Positions 38,187 through 51,134 of a stretch of 64,000 nucleotides of DNA are shown piece after piece (the first letter of the stretch is position 1; each line of letters starts with the position of its first letter). Both the position numbers and the translations under genes were made by a program. The notes below the pieces were generated by a model. It did no database searches. It had not been told where the DNA came from and saw only the letters and a list, made by a program, of their open reading frames with translations. This DNA comes from Octopus sinensis (lineage: Eukaryota): positions 8,556,001-8,620,000 of the forward strand of contig NC_043024.1 of NCBI RefSeq assembly GCF_006345805.1, in the 5' to 3' direction.

Positions 38187-38770
38187 TGTTTAATACAGCT
38201 CTTATACCACACCGATGATGTCCTTAAAGCCTTGGGATCTGGTTCAAACACTGACGTCATATATCTTGACTTCAGTAAAGCGTTTGACAGAGTCATCCAG
38301 AATATCCTACAGTCAAAATTGTCAAATGTTGGAATCCGTGGAAACTACTACACTGGATTGAGTATTTCCTGGAGAACGGAACACATGTTGTGTACAGTGT
38401 GATCCACTCAAGCCCAGCAAAAGTCACCAGTGGTGTCCCTCAAGTAACTGTCTTTGGCCTGCTTCTGTCTATAGTCTATATAAACAAAATTTCAAGTGTC
38501 ATAAAACACAGCAAAGTGAAAATATTCACCGATGACTCCGAGCTCCAGAAAATTATCAGCGGAGAAGAAAACCCAACTGAACTCCAGACTGGTCTACATG
38601 TAGGTCAGTGGGCAGGCAAAAACAAAATGTGGTTAAATGAGGGAAAATTTGAACTGATGATTTTGGAAGAAAGACTATGCTAAAATAACCATATTCTCTT
38701 CCTTCGGGGGAACCACTCACAGCATCTGATAATATCAGAGACCTGGGAGTAATTGTTGACAACAATTTCA
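38187..38770 (+). mobile_element. CR1-clade LINE reverse transcriptase fragment (frameshifted)
   Basis: DVIYLDFSKAFDRV, SGVPQVTVFG, KIFTDDSEL, W..KNKMWLNEGKFELM and DLGVIVDNN. Confidence 0.9.
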
Positions 38771-39375
38771 GTTATTTTCTGTTGAGTTTTTCCAGTTTCA
38801 CATAGAATAATAGTAAAAAAAAAGTATACACACTACTTCTGTATTGAGTTCTTTTCTCTCGTTTGTAAGTTCAGTTACCTACTTTTCTCAGTTTCCCTAA
38901 TATGCCATTTAGATTTTGAGGAAAGCTGGATAATTGGCTCTGTAGTTGGCTAGGTGTAGTGTAAACACCTATATACGATATATACACAAACATTGTGTTA
39001 AATGAACGAGAGAGGTGTGCACAGTGCATATTTCTCGTGTAACTCTAGATTCATGCTACTGAAACCTTCGGCTGAGAACTCACCTGAAGATTGTTGTAGC
39101 ATGAAACTCAAGACAAGACATTAACAAAAAAACACAGAAATCATCTTCAGTAAGTTATATACATATATATATAAATAAACTTACTGAAGATGGTTTCTGG
39201 TATTTTTTCGTATGTCTTGTCTTGAGTTTCATGCTACAGCAATCTTCAGGTGTGTGTATAAACGTTGTAGTGTACAGATGCTTACAAAGGGGTTCAATAC
39301 TTCAAGCAGTGTGTATATTTTATGAGAAGTTGAAGTTTCTTGAATTGTAACTGTGGCTTGTCATACTACCAATGG

Positions 39376-39411
<36 letters not shown>

Positions 39412-39480
39412 ATATTTATCTATGTGTATGCTTCATTAAGTGATGTTGTGCAGTATGTTTGCATGTGTGTATATATATAA

Positions 39481-39513
<33 letters not shown>

Positions 39514-40025
39514 TAAGCTTACATGTTTGCATGAACTTGTTTCATTTGTTTTGCGATACACAATATATATATATCTGCTTAATCTATGTTTGATGTTTTT
39601 GTTGCTCGCACCATCGTCTCTTTGTTCTCGTGCTATTGTTGTGTTGACCTCACTGTATCATCATTGTCGTAGCCGTTCACCTTAGCTCTATATACACATC
39701 TGCACCTCACTTCTACTCTTCGTAGAGGATGTACCATCATCTATAGTTCAAGACATTTCTTTGGAAATATTGCTAACTGTCTGTTGAAGTACCACATTTG
39801 GTGGCATTTAAGATGCATTAACCTTTTCTTTTTCCTGGAAAAAAATGGTTCAAAGAAAACAGCTCAGGTCCTTCATGCGATGTTGCTTTGAATATGAGAT
39901 GCGTCAATGCACTACAATCTTTATTTCTTAAATATGTGCTGCTGCAATTGCAATGCCTCTCATATGCCTGTACAGTTTTATGCCATCAAAAATGCCATCT
40001 GTCTGTCTGTCTGTCTATATCTCTT

Positions 40026-40082
<57 letters not shown>

Positions 40083-40192
40083 ATGTATACACATACATTG
40101 TAGTTTATGGTGTATGACAGGCATGTCAAACATGCAGCCCATGGGACACATATGGCCCTTCTCACACACAAGTACAACCCGCAAGTGGCATA

Positions 40193-40569
40193 ACTAGAGG
40201 TTTAAAAATGTGGAACCCCAAAACTTTTTAACAATAAAAACGATTAATAATAATTTAATTAATAATGAAAAAAAGGCATCGAAACGGTGATGCATATCCA
40301 GCATGCACACAAGGATAAATAAAATTTAATTCAGTAATCTCAGACAAAATCATATTTCAACAAAATGACACCATTTATGTATATAACAAAAATTAAAACA
40401 TTTTGATTCACCCATCCACCAAAATTTAATGAGTTTCAGCCACTCACCCAATGAGTGTTTCTGCCAAATTTGGTGAAAATCCGTCCAGCCAATTTCCAGT
40501 AATTTTGCAAACACACAGACAAAAATGAGTGACTACAATGCCCTTCTTTTGCTTACGCGTGCAGGGTAA
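40193..40569 (+). mobile_element. Probable HINE-like element nested in the hAT element
   Basis: Starts ACTAGAG and contains ccaaatttggtgaaaatcc..acacagacaaa, similar to 22007-22611. Confidence 0.35.
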
Positions 40570-40605
40570 ATTTAGGATCATTGATGAGCAAATAAAAGGT
40601 TTTAA

Positions 40606-40820
40606 CCCTTTTGTTACCAACCCTGCTGAAACCGGCTCTGTAGTACAAATGTCTTGTTTTCATAAGTTTTGAATTAAAATCTCCCACCAAACCTTAGTCA
40701 CAATTTATATTCCTAACACTAGCTTAATGATAACTAAGTCATTTTACTAAATTCTTTGTTATATTTAAAGTAATTGAAAGAAACACAGAGCATCTCAACA
40801 GAAATACAGTAATGAAAGGG
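40606..40820. mobile_element. piggyBac-type MITE nested in the hAT element
   Basis: TTAA flanks; TIRs CCCTTTTGTTAC / GTAATGAAAGGG (10/12 match). Confidence 0.7.
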
Positions 40821-41300
40821 TTAAAAGATTTTTACTTAATAAACAATTAACATGAAGGAAATTTTTGTAGTAAATGTGGGTTTAAATTCATCTGGCCCCA
40901 CCGCCTCTCCCATCATGGTAACATGCATATGAGCCATGAGTCCCATAGGGATTCTGCTGTTTGACATTCCTGTTGTATAAGATGCACAATTTTTTTTCCA
41001 AAAGAATGTCTCAGAAAACCAAACCAAGTCCAAAATACAAAATTACACTGATATTACTTACTTTAATGTATAAAAAGCTTATTTCCATTCCCTTTTGCAT
41101 CATTTATGCAACCAAATACAGTCTTTATATAAGACACCAGAAGCCAAATTAGGGTTGGTTTGACCTCTCTTTTTCTCTCTCTCTCTCTGTCTTTCTCTCT
41201 CCCTCTGTCTACACACTCTTAGAAATGCACCTAGATGCATAGAATCGGATTCAAGAGTGTGTGTATATATATGTATATATATATATATATATATATTATA

Positions 41301-42111
41301 TAATTATTAATAAGGTGAGAGAATTAGATACTAATTTAATTAATATATATCCATTCAACACCAAGTGGCCTAGTGCTCCGAGAAACCTGGATTATTATAA
41401 TATTTTATATATATTATAATAATTTTTACAAAATAAATATAAGAGAGTGGTCACTATATGGCTCACTCTAGCACCAGTTTAATCCAACATCGTACTGACT
41501 TTCATGGGAAACATGTATTTTTAGTGGTTGAAACCTTTTGGATTAACTGGTGCTAGAGTGAGCCATATAGTGACCACTCTCTTATATTTTTTTGTAAAAA
41601 TATTATAATATATTATAAAATATTATAATAATCCAGGTTTCTCGGAACACTAGCCACTTGTGTTGAATGGATATACTATTAAATTAGTATCTAATCTCTC
41701 ACCCTTATTAATTAATTATAATTATGCTGCATTTATTTCTAATGCTGTATTTGTTTTCCGGAAATTTTGCGCGCTGTTGGTTGGGGGCATTTGAATTATA
41801 CGTTCGGATGTAATCAATTGACCACACGCGCTATTTTTCGTTTATGGTAAAATCTGGCGTGTTGATTGAGTGGATTTCTCAATAGTTTTTGGCCGACGAG
41901 CTACATGGATTTTTTGTAAGTAAATTACTTTATTCATTATAGACGAAACAATTGTCCCAAAATAATCTGTATTTTTGTTATTTTATTTGCCCTGTCCGTG
42001 TGAGCTAACAATCGTACTGACTTTCATGGGAACATGTATTTTTAAGTGGTTGAAACCTTTTGGATTAACTGGTGCTAGAGTGAGCCATATAGTGACCACT
42101 CTCTTATATTT
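41301..42111. mobile_element. Penelope-type pseudo-LTR arrangement (inverted + direct repeats) with a hammerhead
   Basis: Arm 41301-41487 is the reverse complement of 41538-41720. 42011-42111 is a direct repeat of about 41489-41590. (TA)n on both sides. Confidence 0.6.
41887..41962 (+). ncRNA. Type-I hammerhead ribozyme motif (one core change, U4>C)
   Basis: TTTTGG-CCGACGA-[stem II GCTA..TAG(A)C, ATGGA/TTCAT]-GAAA-CAATTG-TC-CCAAAA. Palindromic stem III, GUC cleavage triplet and 6-bp stem I. Confidence 0.6.
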
Positions 42112-42120
42112 ACTTTATAT

Positions 42121-42151
<31 letters not shown>

Positions 42152-42309
42152 ATCTAAAATATCATATTTTATATATTTATACTGTGAAATTTGATTTATA
42201 CTAAATCTAATTTTTCCCTGTAAGTTTTGGAGCCATACTCCCTAATATATATATATATATATATATACCCATGCTAGCATGGAAAGCGGACGTTAAATGA
42301 TGATGATGA

Positions 42310-42347
<38 letters not shown>

Positions 42348-42599
42348 TCGTGTACTGTAATTTTATAAGACATCAGAAACCAATTTAGGATTGGTTTGGT
42401 TCTCTCTGTTTTTCTCTCTCTCACTCTACTTCTACACATACACACTCTCAAATGCACTTACATGTATATAATCAGATTCAAGAAAACACACACATACTCT
42501 TATGTCCTGTATTTTTATTGGTTTGAAATTCCAAATTAGCAAATATTTGCATATTGTTGAAGGTGTGACTGTCACTTTGACTTCCTACTTGATATTTAA

Positions 42600-42818
42600 C
42601 TCTTCAGCATTTAAACTGGCCATTTCCAGCCCAAATATTCTACCTGGTTTTATGTTCAGAGTGGCTAGACCCGGTCCATCACACCTGTCCTACAGTGTCT
42701 TTCTAAAAAATAAACAATCACATCAAAATCTCAAAGCTATGAGACTATGCACAATTAATTGAAAACAAGGTGAATAAACAAGCTTTACAGTTGACAGAGT
42801 GATCTGAATGCTAAAGGG
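42600..42818. mobile_element. piggyBac-type MITE
   Basis: TTAA flanks; TIRs CTCTTCAGCATT / AATGCTAAAGGG (10/12 match). A partial relative lies at about 36225-36395. Confidence 0.65.
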
Positions 42819-43330
42819 TTAAGCCATTGTGGTTCTGATGGTTCTGGCCAGGTTTTAGATACTGTCAGTGTCTCTTAATTCAATCATAAAAACTTGTTTC
42901 CCAATCACATGGTTCCAGGTTCAGTCCCACCATGTGGAACCTTGGGCAAGTGTCTTCAGCTAGAGCCTCAGGCTGACCAAAGCCTTATGAGTGGATTTCG
43001 TTGACAGAAACTGAAAGAAGCCCATTTTATATATATAATATATCATCGTGACCAACCAGGCTATCAGATGTTGCTACACATCGCTGGTCACAATGCGTTT
43101 CGCATTGTTTTAGCCTTCATATGATGCCACCTCGCTGGCTAAGCGAGCAAGCCAACAGAAGAAAGAGTGAGAGAAAGTTGTGGCGAAAGAGTACAGCAGG
43201 GATCGCCACCACACCCTGCCGGAGTCTCGTGGAGCTTTAGGTGTTTTCGCTCAATGAACACTCATAACGCCCGGTCTGAGAATCGAAACCGCGAGTCCGC
43301 TACTCTAACCACTGGGCCATTGCACCTCCA

Positions 43331-43332
43331 CC

Positions 43333-43371
<39 letters not shown>

Positions 43372-43399
43372 GTATATATATATATGTATATATTATATG

Positions 43400-43432
<33 letters not shown>

Positions 43433-44015
43433 GTATATATATATGTATATATATATGTATATATATGTATATATATATGTGTATATATATATGTATATAT
43501 ATATATGTATATATATGTATATTATATATGTATTATATGTATAAAATATATATATGTTATATATATATGTGTATATATATATGTGTATATATATATGTAT
43601 ATATATATATGTATATAATGTGTATATATATATGTGTATATATATATGTGTATATATATATATGTATATATATATATGTATATATATATATATGGTATAT
43701 ATTATATATGTATATAATATATATGTATATATATATATATGTATATATATATATGTATATATATATATATGTATATATATATGTGTATATGTATATAGTA
43801 TATGTGTAATGTATATGTGTATATGTATGTGTGTATGTGTATGTGGTATGTTTGTGTGTATGTGTGTATGTGTGTGTGTATGTGGTGTGTGTGTGTGTGT
43901 GTGTGTGGTGTGTGTATGTGTGTGTGTGTATGTGTGTGTATGTGTGTGTGTGTATGTGTGTGTGTGTATGTGTGTGTGTGTATGTGTGTGTGTGTGTGTA
44001 TGTGTGTGTATGTGT

Positions 44016-44056
<41 letters not shown>

Positions 44057-44231
44057 TGTGTATGTGTGGTGTGTGTGTGGTGTGTGTGTGTGTGTGTGTG
44101 TATGTGTGTATGTGTATGTATGTATGTGTATGTGTGTATGTATATGTTGTATGTATATGTATGTATGTTATGTATATATATGTGTATATATATATGTGTA
44201 TATATATATGTGTATATATATATGTGATATA

Positions 44232-44262
<31 letters not shown>

Positions 44263-44315
44263 GTGTATATATATATATGTATATAATATATATATGTATA
44301 TATATATATATATAT
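43331..44315. repeat. ~1-kb compound (TA)n/(TG)n microsatellite inside a SINE A copy; other large tracts at ~29700-30110, 56725-57160 and 62500-62980
   Basis: Direct inspection. Confidence 0.95.
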
Positions 44316-45832
44316 TTGTCTTTGTGTTTGTTCCCAACCATCGCTTGACAAATGATGGTGTGTCTATGTCCCTGTAGCTTAGCAGTTCAGCAAAAGAGAC
44401 TGTTAGAATAAGTATTAGGCTGACAAAGAACAAGTCCTGAGGTCGATTTCTTTGACTAAAAACACCTTTAAGGCAGTGCTCCAGCATGGCCACAGTCAAA
44501 TGACTGAAACAAGTAAAATAAAAAAATGAAATAATACACAGAAACACATGTATGGTTGTGTGGTTAAGGCACTTGCTTTGCAACCATGTGGTTTCAGTTT
44601 CAATTCCACCACGTGGCACCTTGGGCAAGTGTCTTCTACTGTCGCCCAGGCCAACTGTCTTGTGGTGAATTTGGTACACCGAAACTGTATTGGAGACCAT
44701 TGTGTGTGTGTGTATCATCATCATCATCATCGTTTAACATCCGTTTTCCATGCTGACATGGGTTGGAGGTCTGGAGAGCCAGAAGGCTGCACCAGGCTCC
44801 AGTCTGATCTGGCAATGCTTCTACAGCTGGTTGCCCTTCCTAACACCAACCACTCCAAGAGTGTAGTGGGTGCTTTTTACATGCCACTGGCACAGGAGCC
44901 AGTCAGGTGGGCCTGGCATCGATAATTTTGATGAGGAGGATAATGTTACACACACACACACACACATTCACAAAATATATACATACAGGGCTGGTCAAAA
45001 GTCATGCACCAAAACAGTTGACATTTATATTACATCTTCATTATTATTATTATTATCATTCATTTTGTTCATCATATAATACCAACCACTCCAAGGACAT
45101 ATAATACTCAGGACATTTCCTTAGCATCCATGAATCATATATAAATCGAAATCGATCAACATCAATGGAAATTGTGGCTGTGATACCAGTGCCGGTGGCA
45201 CGTAAGAGAACCATCTGAATGTGGCCGTTGCCAGCCTGGCCTCCGTGCTGGTGGCACGTAAAAAGCACCATCCGATCGTGGCCATCTGGCACCTGTGCTG
45301 GTGGCACGTAAAAAGTATCCACTACACACATAGAGTGGTTGGCGTTAGAAAGGGCATCCAGCTGTAGAAACACTGCCAGATCAGACTGGAGCCTGGTACA
45401 GCCTCCTGGCTTTCCAGACCCCAGTTGAACCGTCCAACCCATGCTAGCATGGAAAGCAGACGCTAAACGATGATGATGATGATGATTCCCAATTTTTTTT
45501 TTCCAATCACAAGAACAACATGGGGCTTATGAAAGGAAGTCTTTATATTATTCAGAATGTTCTTTTAAAGGTTTTGTCACAGTCATTGAAATACCCTGCT
45601 GTTTATATCTCTTTATCTCTTCCTTTCTCTCTCCATCTCTCATCATATTTTACACACACACACATATTTGATTCTACAAGCAACCTGCACTTCCGATAGT
45701 ATCGTTTCCTACACAGCTGCAATTATACCAGGGAATGTTCAGTTCTCTGTATGTATATGTGTGTATGTGTCATTAACCCCCCTCTTATCTAATATATATA
45801 TATATGCGTGTGTGTGGGTGGCTGTGTACATA

Positions 45833-46212
45833 CACTTGTGTCAGAAATTAATTAGCACTTCTCAAATTTCTACATTAAATAGGTTAAATTAATTAACCTA
45901 TGAGCTGTTCAAAACGTCTTACGCGATGAGAAAACTTAGTATGGTGTGATTTCGGTCCTTGCGAGGCGCTACCTATATCTATTAAACAAAGGAAGATTTG
46001 TCTGCATCCGCACTCCAAGTTGTTGTTGCACTGCTATGTCAACATCATAAGGCTGTAGACTCTCAAACTGCTCTGCAAACAAAGTTACGTCATCGTTCTG
46101 CGCAACAGTGAACTCGCAACAAAGCAATAGTTCGAGATATGGCCACTAGGTGACAGCACATACCTTGAGTGGAGAGCAAATCAAGGGTGCTAATTAATTT
46201 CTGACGGTAGTG
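45833..46212. mobile_element. Tc1/mariner-type MITE
   Basis: TA-flanked 26-bp TIRs CACTtgtGTCAGAAATTAATTAGCAC / GTGCTAATTAATTTCTGACggtAGTG (3 mismatches). Confidence 0.8.
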
Positions 46213-47591
46213 TATATAATTCAAATAAGAAGATAAAGAATGAATTTAGTGCATCATTATTTTAAACTACAATTGTTTCGATACCATTCCCTTCATAATA
46301 CCTCTGCACATAAATAATTTCATATGAAAAGTTATGCGATATTTGCAGTTGGTGGTATTGGAACATCAGTTGCATCAGAATGTGCACTTTTACATATATG
46401 ATTTATTCACACCCCCACCTCCTTTTCTTCAAGATTTTCTAATTGTAAATTTATTGTGTAAAGTCCAAGCTGGTCCAATTTCATTAATTAAGTGAACTTG
46501 TTCCATGGACTGACAAGAATTCTGACATTTGACCTTGGACAATTTTATCATCAGGATTCTCGTTGCACTCCTAGTATATGAATCTATGTACTTCATGAAA
46601 TCTTTTTTTTTTTCCTGCTGACACAGATCACATCTATATTTCTCAAACTCTGGTCTTTCTTAGCTAATTCGTTAACTTACATAACCTTTCTCTAATGGAA
46701 TGCAATCCATACACCTATGTAGAAAATACAAAGCAGAATATGTAGAAAAAACAAAGCAGAAAAACATAAATTTCACTTTTAATTCATTAATTTGATTGTG
46801 CTCAACAGCTGTTTCAAGGACATAAAACAACATTTGTATATTTTACATGATTAAAATACATGGAAAATTTTTTCCATTGTTGGTATGGATAACACATCAA
46901 TTTTTAATGAACTATATTATTTCAATTGTGTAATATAATGCTGCTGTATGCCATCGAAACAGCTGGTGTGTACAATAAAAAAATATATAATCTGTATGTA
47001 AAATTTATGCTTTTCTACTTTTATTCTAAATATATTCCTGTTAAAGATCATTTTAGCTGTTTCTGTATATACATGTAAGTTTGTTCCACCTGGATTTGAC
47101 TGCCTTATAATGTCTTGGATTTTTACCATGGATATATTTTTGATGTTTATACACCATTTCTGTATATATAAATATATATGTATATATTTGTATATATTAT
47201 ATAATATATATTACATATTAAATATATATAATATTATATATATATGTATATATTATATAATATATATTACATAATAAATATATATAATATTATATATATA
47301 TATATGTATATATTATATATATTATATTACATAAAATATATATAATATTATATATGTGTATATATATTTATAACTAATGTAGGATAAAATTTTTTTCTAA
47401 AGAAAAAAAAATTTTATCAATGGCCACCGGATTCTCTTATACTCTGTGAAAGTTTCTAGATCAAATCACACATGTCTCGAGATGTGCTGAAGATTTTCTA
47501 TTTTGGATATATTTGGGGTACTTAGGTCTGCTCAGGACTTAGTGCTTGCTTTTTCCATGGGTATGAGTAAGTATTTCACTTATGTCTTACG

Positions 47592-47657
47592 TATTTATCG
47601 CTGACGAGGGGAAAATTCTTATGAATTAACCCCGAAATTGGGACCAATGCGGTAATA
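47592..47657 (+). ncRNA. Type-I hammerhead ribozyme motif with G at the cleavage position, inside a probable PLE pseudo-LTR (~47380-47900)
   Basis: TATTTATCG-CTGACGA-GGGG-aa-AATTC-ttat-GAATT-aa-CCCC-GAAA-TTGG-ga-CCAA-T-G-CGGTAATA. The core and all three stems are present. Confidence 0.65.
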
Positions 47658-48101
47658 ACAGAATTTTTTAGAAATTTCTATCGGCATGTTTCGAGACGCA
47701 TAAATTATAATGGTTATTGACAATTTTGTCTTTTTTTCGGCATATTTGGCATTAGAATTTTTCTTTTGCCCTTATTTTATAAATTATGTATATATATTTA
47801 TATATGTATATTTGTATTACATTCAGTACTGTTGTTTTTTCTTTCTCAACTCTTATTCACATTTGTCTATGTCTTCTGTTAATGTTGGACACAATTACAA
47901 AATGATGTATGTCTAATCTGATAATATTCAACATTCTCTCTTTCTCTTTTCTATTTTTCTCTTGTATTTTCTTCACCATTTCAAAAAAAATGATGACAAT
48001 AAATCATATACTGTATTTTCAACAACCAAAACTTTACCATTTCTCTTTAACCTACTGGAATCTTTGCAATGTTCTTGTCTATCTTTGCCATGCATTCTCA
48101 G

Positions 48102-48356
48102 TCCATACGGAACTGGAAGACCTTCTCGATCCGCTGGAAGCCCTCGATCCGCTGGCCCCTAAACGACCTGTAAGCCCAGCGTTCGTTCGGCCAGTCAGTC
48201 CAGCCATTGTCCCTCCGGCGAGTCCAGCCTTCAATCGGCCGGTCAGTCCCGTCACTGGCTCCACCTTCAATGCTCCGGTCAGTCCGTCTGCTACTGCTTT
48301 TAATCCGCCAGCCAGCCCATCATCTTCGTGTTTCAAACCGCCAGCGAGTCCTTCAG
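48102..48356 (+). CDS. PICALM: Exon, 255 nt, phase 1-1: VHTELEDLLDPLEALDPLAPKRPVSPAFVRPVSPAIVPPASPAFNRPVSPVTGSTFNAPVSPSATAFNPPASPSSSCFKPPASPS
   Basis: Acceptor atgcattctcag|TC, donor TCAG|gtctgt (weak). GC-rich island with a DLL motif and repeated PxSP. If the donor is skipped the frame ends GLC* at 48367. Confidence 0.8.
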
Positions 48357-50955
48357 GTCTGTGCTGATTACACTCAGGATGCACTTCCTATGTAGTAGTA
48401 TCTACAGAAAGATCTTATCCTTCGTTTTCTCCTTCCTCTATGCTGCTTCATTTTTGTCAATAGTTGTAGTTTTGCAGTCTTTTAATCATTGTTTTTCTTT
48501 CCTTTTCTTTTTTCCCAAATTTTTCCGTCGTATCTTCCTTCACTTGTACATTCATTTATTATGTTTCTTGTGTTTTGTAGACTTTTTTTTAAAAGTCACA
48601 TGTGTCTGTTTGCCTTTTATTATTTTCTCTTTCCAATTACTCTGTGTGTGTGTAGCCTGTACACTCTCCACAGCATGGTAATTAAATTGTCTATACCTTA
48701 AAGATAAGACCCTGTTGAGATGTCGTGTGTATGTATATATGTGCATATATAGATACACACATGTAATACAGGTATGTTTAATATATATATACGTACACAC
48801 ACACTGGTATATATATATGTATGTGTGTGTATGTATATATGTGTGTGTGTGTATATATGTATATGTGTGTGTGTATATTATATATATGTATATATATGCA
48901 TATATATATGTGTGTGTGTGTATATATATATATACATATATATATATGTAAAAATAAGCATTTCTACTTGTGTGTGTGTGTATGTGCTGTACATAAGCTG
49001 AAAACATATCTTAATTTATGAAGCGGTTCCTTTGTTTTCATGATTTATTATTACTGAAAAGTACATATATTCCATGGGGCACCCAATTATGCAAGAAGAC
49101 ATCAATAGCACTATCACTTTAAATTTCATAGTTTTAAAGCATTTTCACTAATAAGCAGTCATGTGTGTATATATGCCTTTTTTTTTTGTTTTAAAGTTTA
49201 CCCAACCATAGCACTTCACAACTCGTATGATCATCCATTTTATTGAGAACATCATATCCGTTATCTACTCCAGATGTCTGAGTGGAATTTAGTCGACAAT
49301 GTGTAAATAGAGCAGATATCGAGGGAAAATAATTAATAATAATAATTAATTCTTTTTATTGGCCACAAGGGCTGACAAACGTGATTGGAAAACATAAAGG
49401 GACAAAACGGGACGAAAGGTTACAAAAGGTTTTGTCCGTTTTTCGAAAGAAAAAGGTCCGTGTAAACAAGCTTTACAACAACGAAAAAGATTCAACAATC
49501 TACAAAACTCCCTATAGAGGAGACGCTTCGAAAAAAAAAAATGAAAAGGTCTCATGTGGAAAAATCCATAAAAGCCACGGAAGCCTAGTCAAAAGGCGGG
49601 TAGAGAGCCCCTTTCTCCTTTTATAATACATTTTTCAATTACAGGCGAAACCTCAGAATTGGTCCATTTATACTGGCCATTCTTGCACAATTCACCCACC
49701 TTTCAGAAAACTTGCTATCAGACAGCACTCTCCTCTCTAACCTCATCTTCGGGCAATGAAAAAGTTTGAGGTGGTCCCAGTTGTTGTCAGGGCGATTGGT
49801 TTCATGAGCACTAGAATAGAAAACTATTTTTTTAAAATCCAGACAAACATCATCAGGGTGGGTCACTTAAAAAAAGAAAAAAACGACACTCCTTGGAACT
49901 GCTAGAGTACCTAGAAAAGTCTTTGACAATTGAAGGTGCCACCTCAGTCCACTGCTTGTGGAGAGTTGGCACCAGTATTACACCACCAGCAGTAAGAAGC
50001 TTGCTTACCAACCACATGGTTCCAGGTTCAGTCCCATTGTGTGGCACCTTGGTCAAGTGTCTTCTACTATAGCCTCGGGCCGACCAAAGCCTTGTGAGTA
50101 GATTTGGTAGATGGAAACTGAAAAGAAGCCCATCGTATATATATATATATATTATATATATATATATTATATATATATATATGTATATTTGTGTGTGTGT
50201 GTGTGTGTATGTCTGTATTTGTCCACCTATCCACCCCTACAACATCGCTTGACAATCAATGCTGGTGTGTTTATGTCCCCGTAACTTAGCGGTTCGGCAA
50301 AAGAGGCCGATAGAATAAGTAAGTACTATGCTTACAAAGAATTAGTCCTGGGGGTTGATTTCTTCGACTAACACCCTTCAAGGCAGTGCACCAGCATGGC
50401 CACAATCTCCACAAGTATTAATACACATACACAATTATGCATGCAGGCATACACACGTATATATTTGCACATGGACAAGCACACACGTGCACACGCAACA
50501 CACACATATGCATGTGGACACACATGTACACACATGTACCTATGTATTTGTCAGTGTATATATTTTCTTAATGATTATATTTTTTAATGATTTGCAACAT
50601 TATGGATATTTATTCCCATAGATTTGTTTCCATGTCATATTTTCTCAACTAATTATATGGGATCCATATTGATTATTTAATCAATCAATTGGCTGATTGA
50701 TCAATTGCTGTTGTTGATGCCTTGTAACCCTCAACAGTCTTGCAGTAAGATAGTTCCCATCTATTAACTCTTTATTTTTGTTTTCTGTGTCTACCAGACA
50801 ATTGCTTGGAGATAAGGTACTCCCTTCACTGTTGATCCACAGTGTTGTTGATTTGCTCAGACAACAAAGCAGTCAAATTTCTGTGAGGAATAGATATCAC
50901 CCATCAATTACAATAATGATTGTTTATAATAGTTGTATAAGTCGACTATCTAGTA

Positions 50956-51134
50956 CAGTGGTTTTCAACCAGTGTTCTGCAAGAAGTTACAAAACTGCTA
51001 AAATCGGCAGTTATTTTTAATTCTCCTGTGCAGATATGTGTGCAGAAGACTATTAAATTATTGCATAGGGGTTCCCCGAGCCAGTGGAATGTTTCCTTGG
51101 GGTTCCGCTCCAGCAAAAAGTTTGAAAAGCACTG
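50956..51134. mobile_element. hAT-type MITE with intact TSD
   Basis: TIRs CAGTGGTTTTCAAC / TTTGAAAAGCACTG (12/14 match). Perfect 8-bp TSD ATCTAGTA at 50948-50955 and 51135-51142. Confidence 0.85.

Larger units (their letters stand above)
40118..40972. mobile_element. hAT-type non-autonomous element carrying nested insertions
   Basis: TIRs CAGGCATGTCAAAC / GTTTGACATTCCTG (13/14 match). Decayed 8-bp TSD GTGTATGA/TTGTATAA. Confidence 0.6.

Noticed and set aside
39673-39790. Two AG acceptors after a pyrimidine tract (AVHLSSIYTSAPHFYSS*, EDVPSSIVQDISLEILLTVC*)
   Set aside because: No phase-1 donor; an alternative last exon cannot be judged without RNA data.
43167-44730. Long ORFs of 125-342 aa rich in YI/VC/HT (also near 2000, 8000, 17600, 20100, 29700, 48700 and 56700)
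   Set aside because: Translations of (TA)n/(TG)n microsatellites, which lack stop codons in several frames.
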